Assembly: GCA_043812955.1 (NCBI GenBank) | Contig: JBDRLN010000012.1 | Coordinates: 12,749 to 76,748, forward strand | Direction: 5' to 3' | DNA length: 64,000 nucleotides | DNA from: Candidatus Omnitrophota bacterium | GTDB lineage: Bacteria > Omnitrophota > Gorgyraeia > Gygaellales > Profunditerraquicolaceae | In this document: piece by piece, positions 56,770 to 64,000 of the stretch | Position numbering within the stretch: the first letter of the stretch is position 1 | How the letters are laid out: each line of letters begins with the position of its first letter | Position numbers and translations under genes: made by a program | The notes under the pieces: generated by a model | Told to the model about the DNA's origin: nothing | Databases searched by the model: none | The model's input: only the letters and a program-made list of their open reading frames with translations

Positions 56770-57810
56770 CTATCCTCCCTTGGAGGATATCTCTACTTCT
56801 CTTAAAAATTTAGCCGAACTCTCCGGTGGCACCGGACAGATATAAAAACCCGTTCCCCATTCAAACCCGGCTACCCGGGTCAGGCGGGGAGTAATCTCTA
56901 TATGCCAATGATAATCTTCTTCAATACTCTTCCAGTATCCCATCTTTTTCCTACGGAACGGCGCTGTATGCACAATGTAATTATAGGGCGGGTCATTTAA
57001 ACCTGTTTTTATCTTCAATAAAACTTGTTTTAATATCCGGGCTAAATTTTTCCTCTCTTGATCATCTAACCGGACAAAATCGCAGCTATGTTTCTTGGGC
57101 AGAATCCAGACTTCAAAAGGAAACCGAGAAGCAAAAGGAACTACGGCAATAAAACCGTCGATCTCCAGGATCAACCGGTCTTTTGACTCTAATTCCTGCT
57201 TGACTAAATCACAGAAAACGCACCTTTCATGATGGTCATAATATTCTTTTGCGCCCACTAATTCTTCTTTTACCCGTTTGGGATTAATCGGGGTAGCAAT
57301 TAACTGGGTCCGGGAATGCCTGACCTTTCCTCCGCCGGCAGACCAGCCATAGTTCTTAAATACTAAAACATACTTAAAGCGTTCGTCTTTTTCCAGGTCA
57401 ACGATCCGGTCGATATAACAGGCAATAACCCGTTTGATCTGTTCTTCAGGCAGATCGCAGATATTAGCCATATGTTGGTTGGTTTCAACGACTATCTCAT
57501 GGGCGCCGACACCGTTCATCAAGTCGTATAAACCCTTGCCGGTCCGGTCAAGTTCTCCCTCAATCCTCAAAAATGGGGTAAGACTAGGCACAACCCGCAA
57601 TTCCCATCCCGGGGTATTAGAAGGAGTATGGGTTGGCCTTATCGAATATATTTCATTGGGAGTTTCCAATTCCTTGCCCGGACAAAAAGGGCAGGGTTTT
57701 TCAACAGGCCCTTCCTGGGCAAAGTTAGTTAACTGATCCGGCCTTTTAGCCCGTTCAGTAGCAATAATTACCCAGCGTCCGATAATAGGATCTTTTCTTA
57801 ATTCCGGCAT
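56770..57810 (-). CDS. GalT-family paralog with the catalytic His replaced (HSR)
   Basis: Same fold motifs, but GGGKVRHSRTQ in place of GASLEHPHTQ. Confidence 0.85.
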   Translation of the reverse strand: MPELRKDPIIGRWVIIATERAKRPDQLTNFAQEGPVEKPCPFCPGKELETPNEIYSIRPTHTPSNTPGWELRVVPSLTPFLRIEGELDRTGKGLYDLMNGVGAHEIVVETNQHMANICDLPEEQIKRVIACYIDRIVDLEKDERFKYVLVFKNYGWSAGGGKVRHSRTQLIATPINPKRVKEELVGAKEYYDHHERCVFCDLVKQELESKDRLILEIDGFIAVVPFASRFPFEVWILPKKHSCDFVRLDDQERKNLARILKQVLLKIKTGLNDPPYNYIVHTAPFRRKKMGYWKSIEEDYHWHIEITPRLTRVAGFEWGTGFYICPVPPESSAKFLREVEISSKGG

Positions 57811-57826
57811 CTATCTCTTTCAATTC

Positions 57827-57900
57827 GGGGACGGTTCTGAAATCAAAGCTAAAGTGTCCCTTTTTCGGGGACAGTTTAAGATCAGTTTCAGAACCGTCCC
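57827..57900. repeat. Nested GGGGAC-tagged palindrome
   Basis: GGGACGGTTCTGAAA...TTTCAGAACCGTCCC with an inner TGTCCC/GGGACA. Confidence 0.8.
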
Positions 57901-57951
57901 TGCTTTTATAATTTAACTTTAAGATTATAACACAAGTTCAAACCCGCGCAA

Positions 57952-58887
57952 CTATTTTTTACCTAGAATATCACCTATAGAGGGTTTATATCCGATAAGG
58001 AATTCTTGGGCACTCATCCTGCGCTTACCTTCTATTTGCAATTCCTTAACTAATAAAATACCTTTGCCGGTGCCTAGGCTTAAACCTTTACTAGAAACAT
58101 TAACCAACTCTCCGGGCGTATGTTTATTTAATGTCCTTATAACCTGGGCCTGAAAAACTTTCAGTATTTTACCTTTATAATAAGTAAACGCCCCGGGCCA
58201 TTCCAGGCAGCCCCGGATTAAATTATAAATATCCTGGGCCGGCTTCCCCCAATCAATCAATCCATCGCTTTTTTTTAAACGCGGGGCAAAAGTGACTTTA
58301 GATTCATTTTGGGCTAACAAATTATATATCCCGCTGGCAATAGCATCTATTGAAATTAATAAAAGAGCGACTCCCATATGAGATAACCTCTCCTCCAAAG
58401 AAATCACTGTTTCGTTATCAGCTATCTTGGTCTCTTCCTGAAAGAGTATCGGTCCGGCATCCATCTTCTTAACCATTTTAATAATACTGTTACCGGTTTT
58501 TTTCTCTGCGTTAATAATAGCCCAATTAATCGGAGCTGCCCCTCTATATTTAGGCAATATAGAGGCATGGAGATTAATCGGCAAAATCCTGGGTATATTT
58601 AAAATCTCCTCCGCAAGAAACTGGCCATAGGCAATAACTACAAATAAATCCGGATTGAGGTTTTTAAGCAGTTTGATTGTTTCAGGAGTGTTGATCTCAG
58701 ACGGCTGATAAATTTTGAGTTTTGAACTGATAGCAATTTTTTTAATCGGAGTAGGGGCCAGCCGCATTCCCCGGCCCTGCTTTTTATCCGGCTGGGTTAT
58801 AACGCAGGAGATTTCATGCCCGGCTCTTAATAAAGCCTCAAGCGCTGGCACTGCAAATTGTGAGCTTCCAAAAAATACTATTCTCAT
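57952..58887 (-). CDS. fmt: Methionyl-tRNA formyltransferase
   Basis: TQPDKKQGRG, NLHASILPKYRGAAPI, MDAGP. Confidence 0.97.
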   Translation of the reverse strand: MRIVFFGSSQFAVPALEALLRAGHEISCVITQPDKKQGRGMRLAPTPIKKIAISSKLKIYQPSEINTPETIKLLKNLNPDLFVVIAYGQFLAEEILNIPRILPINLHASILPKYRGAAPINWAIINAEKKTGNSIIKMVKKMDAGPILFQEETKIADNETVISLEERLSHMGVALLLISIDAIASGIYNLLAQNESKVTFAPRLKKSDGLIDWGKPAQDIYNLIRGCLEWPGAFTYYKGKILKVFQAQVIRTLNKHTPGELVNVSSKGLSLGTGKGILLVKELQIEGKRRMSAQEFLIGYKPSIGDILGKK

Positions 58888-58896
58888 AATTCAGTA

Positions 58897-59033
58897 TATA
58901 GTAGGTAGTAGATAGTAGTTAGTATATAGGGTTTCCCCTATTACCTACCTACTCCATACTACCTACTGATTTAGTAAATAATAGTTATTATATAGGGTTT
59001 TCCCTGATACCTACCTGCTATCTACTACCTGCT
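58897..59033. repeat. Two tandem hairpins built from heptamer arrays around a TATAGGGTTT(T)CCC core
   Basis: gtaggta gtagata gtagtta...taggg tttc cccta...ctaccta; second degenerate copy from about 58980. Confidence 0.65.
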
Positions 59034-59037
59034 GTAT

Positions 59038-60888
59038 TTAAACTGGATCTATATCTACCGTAACTATTATACCCGAATGTTTAAAACCTTTTAAGTTTAT
59101 TTTTAAAAACTTAACTATTCCCTTAGGGTCATCCGAACTTAAAAGCACCTGCCAATAATAATTCCCTCTGAGTTTAGGATGGACTCCGGGACTGACCGAT
59201 ATTACCTTGGTCCCCTTTTTATTTTTAATTCTATTTAATTTATCGAATAAAATATGGGCGGATTCTTTTACCTTATTTTCTTTTTTACCTCTCAGCCTTA
59301 CCGCCCCCAGATGTTTGTAGGGCGCAAGCCCGAGAGGCTTTCTTTGTTTTAACTCTTCAGCATAAAAAATATCCGGATTACCGGTTTCAATAGCTTTGAA
59401 AACATGATGGGTTGGGTACCCGGTTTGGATTATTATCAATTTATCGGTTAATTCGCTTAAACCCGCCAGAATAGAAAATGTCTTTTCTGAGCTCCGGAAA
59501 TCAAAATGATTCAGGGAATTATCTATAGCTAATACCCCGACTAGATCAAACTTAAAAGCAGTATGCCTGATGATATCCTGGGTGGAGATAAAAATATCTG
59601 CTGATTGAATATCAATATCATTGCCGGCCTCCACTAACTTTATCCTGGCCTGGGGGAATATCCGGGAGAGCTCGCTTTCTATTTTCTCTGTCCCGATACC
59701 ACAGTAACGTATATAGCCGGAATTGCACTCCGGACAGATCTTAGGAGGCGATTCCAGCTTAAAATTACAGTAGTTGCAACTTAATAGGTTTTCTTTAAAA
59801 TGGAATACCAGACTAATATTGCAACGCGGGCATTTTAAAGCCTTACCGCAATGACGGCAGGCGACAAAAGTAGCAAAACCTTTACGGTTTAAAAATATCA
59901 AAACTTTCCCCTGCCTAGCCAAGACTTCAAGTATAGAATCCTGCAAATAACGGGTTAATAGGATATCTCCCTTTTTACTAACCGCGGGAAAATCTTTAAT
60001 ATTCATTATTTTTACTTCCGGCATTCCGCCCCTACGGATAATAGGTTCATACTTTAATCTGCCCTGTCTGGAAAAATATATACTCTCTAACGAAGGAGTC
60101 GAACTACCCAAAACAACATCTGCTTTTTCAATTGCGCCGCGCATAAAAGCTACTTCCCGGGCATTATAATGGGGCGCCTGATCCTGTTTATATGCATAAT
60201 CCTGCTCTTTATCAATGATTATCAAGCCTAAATCCGGCGTGGGCGCGAAAACTGCTGACCGGGTACCCGTAATAACAGTCATCCCGCCTTTTTTTAGCTT
60301 AATCCATTCCCCCAGTTCATCCGGCTGTTTGCGATACATGACACCAACCGGCATATTTAATCTTGAACTGATAAGGTCCCTGGTTTTTAATACAGTTTCG
60401 ATATCCGGCAATATTACGATCACCGACTTATTTATTGCTAAAACATCCTTTATCCGCTCAATATATCTATCCCAACGCGCGCTATTATCCAGACCAAGGA
60501 TCAGGGTATTGCTAGGCTTACAATCAGCACTGGGATTTTTTCTATCAATAGATCCTGCTATAAGGGCTTTTTTCCCTTTGCGCAAACCATCAGGAATAGC
60601 AGTCTCAATCGCCTCTCCCCAGGAACAGGAATAATATTCGGACAATTCCTTGGAAAGCCTAAGCAAATTTTCATCCAGGACAGGATAATCGTCGATAATT
60701 TCCAGGATGGGTTTAATATTGCGGATATTGCTTTTTAAATTAACCCCCACTACATATCCGATCATCCGTTTAGGGCCGAAAGAAACCTTAACCCTTTTTC
60801 CGATCTTTATTTGCCCGGTTAATCCTTGGGGAACCAGATAATCAAACGGGCCATCCAGAGGCAGCCCAAATACTACTTTAGCATACAT
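59038..60888 (-). CDS. priA: Primosomal protein N', helicase motifs degenerate
   Basis: 3'-binding N-terminus, GTRSAVFAP, LNRKGFA, 8-Cys Zn cluster; Walker A and DExH degenerate. Confidence 0.9.
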   Translation of the reverse strand: MYAKVVFGLPLDGPFDYLVPQGLTGQIKIGKRVKVSFGPKRMIGYVVGVNLKSNIRNIKPILEIIDDYPVLDENLLRLSKELSEYYSCSWGEAIETAIPDGLRKGKKALIAGSIDRKNPSADCKPSNTLILGLDNSARWDRYIERIKDVLAINKSVIVILPDIETVLKTRDLISSRLNMPVGVMYRKQPDELGEWIKLKKGGMTVITGTRSAVFAPTPDLGLIIIDKEQDYAYKQDQAPHYNAREVAFMRGAIEKADVVLGSSTPSLESIYFSRQGRLKYEPIIRRGGMPEVKIMNIKDFPAVSKKGDILLTRYLQDSILEVLARQGKVLIFLNRKGFATFVACRHCGKALKCPRCNISLVFHFKENLLSCNYCNFKLESPPKICPECNSGYIRYCGIGTEKIESELSRIFPQARIKLVEAGNDIDIQSADIFISTQDIIRHTAFKFDLVGVLAIDNSLNHFDFRSSEKTFSILAGLSELTDKLIIIQTGYPTHHVFKAIETGNPDIFYAEELKQRKPLGLAPYKHLGAVRLRGKKENKVKESAHILFDKLNRIKNKKGTKVISVSPGVHPKLRGNYYWQVLLSSDDPKGIVKFLKINLKGFKHSGIIVTVDIDPV

Positions 60889-61982
60889 AATTTACAAATC
60901 TCCTGCGCTGCATCAGGCTTCCTGATCTTTTGAATATTACCGCGCAAAAGATCAACCCTCTGGCGGTTATTTTTCAAATCCATAACTATATCCCGGATAT
61001 CCTCGAGTCTCCTGGCCTGCCAGGCGCATCCGCTCCTTACCAATACTTCGGAATTCCCGCTCTCCTGCCCGGGTATACCGTCAATAAATATCAAAGGAAT
61101 CTGCATTACCAGGCTTTCGGAAATACTTAAACCCCCGGGCTTAGTAATCAAAAGGCTGGCTTTAGACATCAACTCCGGCATCTGGTCAGTAAAACCCAGC
61201 AAAGTTACATTAGAATAGTTTTTCTTTTTTAACCGCTTAAACAAAAATTTATTTCTACCGCAGACTATAGTCATTTTAACTTCATTATGCAGCATATCCG
61301 CTATATCTTCCATCAGCATAAAGCCCAATGAGCCGGTAGCCAGCAGAACCCTGAATTCCCCTTCTGCCGCGCTATTTTCTTTACCCATATCTCTACCTAT
61401 ACCTATACCTATACCTCTACCTTTACCTAGATCGACAAATTGCTTATCTACCGGTATGCCTAAAACCTTGATCTTGGCCTCATCCACTCCCCGGCGCAAT
61501 AAATCCCGGACAGTATAATCACAGGCTACAACATAATTATCGCATTTAGAAGTTATCCAAATAGGATGGGCCCGGAAATCGGTAATTACAGTTACTAACC
61601 GCGACGAGATCTTATTCTTAAGTTTAAGGCACGAGGCTATAAAGGGGGGCAGAAAATGAGTGGATAAGATAACGTCCGGATTTTCCCGGATAAGATAATT
61701 TACAAACCTCTGGCTGTGTACCAGAGAAATAAATTGAAAAATACCGCGGACAAAAGTATAAGAGCTTAAATAATAAAGGGCCATCCAGATAAATTTCAGA
61801 TAGATGGCCAGGATACTATAACCCACGCTATAGAAATAAGTAAAGACCGGATTATTAAATTGTAATATATCCAAAACTTCAACTTTAACATCCGGATATT
61901 TATCCTTAAAGCCGGCTGACAAAGCAATGGCTGCGGCGCGATGGCCTCCGCCTGCCGAAGCATGGACGATTAGTATTTTCAT
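60873..61982 (-). CDS. GT28 MGDG synthase/UgtP-like glycosyltransferase
   Basis: SAGGGH, ITDF..HP.W, TKPGGLS, PGQE; G-rich hexamer insertion. Confidence 0.85.
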   Translation of the reverse strand: MKILIVHASAGGGHRAAAIALSAGFKDKYPDVKVEVLDILQFNNPVFTYFYSVGYSILAIYLKFIWMALYYLSSYTFVRGIFQFISLVHSQRFVNYLIRENPDVILSTHFLPPFIASCLKLKNKISSRLVTVITDFRAHPIWITSKCDNYVVACDYTVRDLLRRGVDEAKIKVLGIPVDKQFVDLGKGRGIGIGIGRDMGKENSAAEGEFRVLLATGSLGFMLMEDIADMLHNEVKMTIVCGRNKFLFKRLKKKNYSNVTLLGFTDQMPELMSKASLLITKPGGLSISESLVMQIPLIFIDGIPGQESGNSEVLVRSGCAWQARRLEDIRDIVMDLKNNRQRVDLLRGNIQKIRKPDAAQEICKLCMLK

Positions 61983-62536
61983 TATTTTTTTAAAATTATA
62001 TCCGCGGCTTGAGATAGATCTTGCGCTGTAAAGTCAGGCTGGATATCCCAATTTTTTTGATTAGCTGACTTTTCTTTTCCGGAAAAAACCATGATCGTGC
62101 GGCAGCCGGAAATCTTGCCGGCCTGGATATCTCTTTGGGTATCACCGATAAAAAAAGAATGTTTAAGCGAACTCCTCGGGATCTTATGTTCTAAAAGGGC
62201 TTTTTCAATTAATCCGGTCTTGGGCTTGCGGCAGGCGCAATTATCTTCTTCGCGGTGGATACAATAATAAACTCCCTGGATCCCGGTTTTTTCTTTGGCT
62301 AATTTATTGAGCATATTCCGGGTTATTTCATCCAGGGTTTTTTTTGAATATATCCCCTTACTCACTCCGGCCTGATTGGATATTACAAACAGCTTATAAC
62401 CGGCCTGCCTTAGGCGGCGCAGGGCTAATTTAGCTCCCCTGATAAACCGGAAACCCTTTACAGAGGTAACATAATTCCTGTCTCCGGGATATTTATTAAT
62501 TACCCCATCTCGGTCCAGAAATATCACTCTCTTCAT
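61982..62536 (-). CDS. gmhB: D,D-heptose 1,7-bisphosphate phosphatase-like HAD
   Basis: FLDRDGVIN, SNQAGV, C.H...C.CRKP, IGD...D. Confidence 0.82.
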   Translation of the reverse strand: MKRVIFLDRDGVINKYPGDRNYVTSVKGFRFIRGAKLALRRLRQAGYKLFVISNQAGVSKGIYSKKTLDEITRNMLNKLAKEKTGIQGVYYCIHREEDNCACRKPKTGLIEKALLEHKIPRSSLKHSFFIGDTQRDIQAGKISGCRTIMVFSGKEKSANQKNWDIQPDFTAQDLSQAADIILKK

Positions 62537-63672
62537 CTTCCAAAAAACTCCTTTACCGAGCCCACTATATAATCCAGCTGCCCTTGAGTTAAATCCGGAT
62601 AAACCGGTATAGACAAAACTTCTTCTGCGGCTTTCTCCGACTCCGGAAAATCGCCTATGCGGTATCCTAAATACTTAAAACACTCCTGTAGATGCAAGGG
62701 GACCGGATAATAAACCCGGGCATCAATATCCTTACTGTTTAGATGATTCATAAGCTCAGCGCTGGAAACGTCTAAACGCAGGGTATACTGATGGTAGATA
62801 TGAGTATTTCTCTCAGGCACAAAGGGAATTTTAACCATCAATGATTTAAAGTAGTGGTTGTAATAATCTGCGTTGGCCCGCCTTCTCTTATTCCAATCGT
62901 CCAGATATTTTAATTTTACCTTTAATATTGCCGCCTGGATTGTGTCTAAACGGTTATTGAAGCCTAAAACTAAATGATGATACTTATCCTTGTTGCCCTG
63001 GTTTCTTAAAATCTTCAATTTCGACTCTATATCCGGGTTATCGGTTAAAACCATGCCGGCATCGCCGAAACCGCCTAAATTTTTACCCGGAAAAAAACTT
63101 ACTGTCCCGCAATCGCCTATGGTTCCGGATTTTTTACCAAAGCCTGTCTGTCTGGCAGGCGTGTATTCCGCTCCGAATGCCTGAGCATTATCCTCAATCA
63201 CTTTTAAATTATTTTTTTTAGCGATATCTAAAACCCCATCCATATCCGCACACTGGCCGTAAAGATGCACCGGAATAATGGCTTTTATTTTTACTTTCGG
63301 ATTTTTTAGCGCATTTATAATACCCCCTAAAGAAATATTGTAAGTCATTGGATCAATATCCGCGAAAACCGGAACTGCCCCTATTGCGGCAATTGCTCCG
63401 GCAGTGGCAAAATAAGTAAAAGTCGGGCAGATCACCCCGTCTCCGGGCTTGATCCCCAGAGCTACCAGGGCTAATTTTATGGCGTCAGTGCCGTTGGAAA
63501 CGCCGACCGCGCACCTAACTTTGCAATACATTTTAACATCATTCTCGAATTCATCTACTTCCTTGCCTAAAACAAAACTGGTATTATCAATTACATTTTT
63601 GATCGCAGCGTCAATCTCCTGCCTAATGGGAGCAATCTGTTTTTTAAGGTCCAACACTGGTATCTTTTCCAC
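62533..63672 (-). CDS. DegT/DnrJ/EryC1/StrS aminotransferase
   Basis: SNGTDA, PVHLYGQ, SFFPGKNLG; palindrome-derived insert TPARQTG at 63142-63160. Confidence 0.93.
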   Translation of the reverse strand: MEKIPVLDLKKQIAPIRQEIDAAIKNVIDNTSFVLGKEVDEFENDVKMYCKVRCAVGVSNGTDAIKLALVALGIKPGDGVICPTFTYFATAGAIAAIGAVPVFADIDPMTYNISLGGIINALKNPKVKIKAIIPVHLYGQCADMDGVLDIAKKNNLKVIEDNAQAFGAEYTPARQTGFGKKSGTIGDCGTVSFFPGKNLGGFGDAGMVLTDNPDIESKLKILRNQGNKDKYHHLVLGFNNRLDTIQAAILKVKLKYLDDWNKRRRANADYYNHYFKSLMVKIPFVPERNTHIYHQYTLRLDVSSAELMNHLNSKDIDARVYYPVPLHLQECFKYLGYRIGDFPESEKAAEEVLSIPVYPDLTQGQLDYIVGSVKEFFGR

Positions 63673-63694
63673 TCTTAATCCTTTCTACCTTCCT

Positions 63695-63727
63695 CCACCT
63701 ACGGGGTGGAGCCCACCTACGGGGTGG
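63695..63727. repeat. CCACCTACGGGGTGG doublet overlapping a stop codon
   Basis: Two direct units; supplies the TAG of the upstream gene. Confidence 0.88.
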
Positions 63728-64000
63728 AACGGGTTTGGTGCATCTCGCGGTATTTTAAATAACTGATAAATTGATATAAAGCGGCATTAAAACCGACTAT
63801 AAAACCGATAAAGCCGTCTTTGTAACCTTTTTTTACTATATATACCCGCACAAACCGATCAATAGTCCGATAAAGAAATCTTCCTAAGCGCATAGGCTTG
63901 CCCATCCTGTTCCATTTTTGCGCCTCCCAGGTTGTCTGTTTATTCAGCTTAGCCCAAAAATCTTCCAAATCCTTGTAAGAATAATGCAACATATCCGCGC
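63717..64000 (-). CDS. GT2 glycosyltransferase C-terminus (partial)
   Basis: LHYSY...K.N..T...A, KKGYKDGFIGF, typical of LPS GT2 C-termini. Confidence 0.7.
   Translation of the reverse strand, partial: ADMLHYSYKDLEDFWAKLNKQTTWEAQKWNRMGKPMRLGRFLYRTIDRFVRVYIVKKGYKDGFIGFIVGFNAALYQFISYLKYREMHQTRSTP

Overview
Low-GC bacterial chromosome segment; gene style and repeat content suggest Omnitrophota/PVC, which is inference only. Almost every gene is on the minus strand. Left arm (1-24.7 kb): partial uvrA, a tandem CC1-like basic protein, nadX-panC-folK, lysine genes dapL/B/A/F-lysA, arginine genes argCJBDF-(pilin)-GH, rplM-rpsI, an MFS transporter bracketed by identical 56-bp palindromes, secG-tpiA-pgk and a membrane spermidine-synthase-like gene. 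Right arm (54.5-64 kb): gap, two galT paralogs (one lacking the catalytic His), fmt, a helicase-degenerate priA and envelope genes. Between them is a ~30 kb island inserted in the 3' end of gap. A second copy of the last ~25 gap codons with stop and terminator lies at 24703-24780, and no integrase is visible. The island encodes a receiver domain fused to glycogen phosphorylase, a UDP-sugar pyrophosphorylase, several two-component proteins, acyl/glycosyl-transfer and lipid-remodelling enzymes and small general-stress proteins. Three of its promoters share a palindromic operator. The backbone carries several palindromic repeat families and 6-/7-mer tandem arrays that also enter coding sequences; one heptamer array frameshifts dapF. 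No rRNA, tRNA or CRISPR array was recognised.
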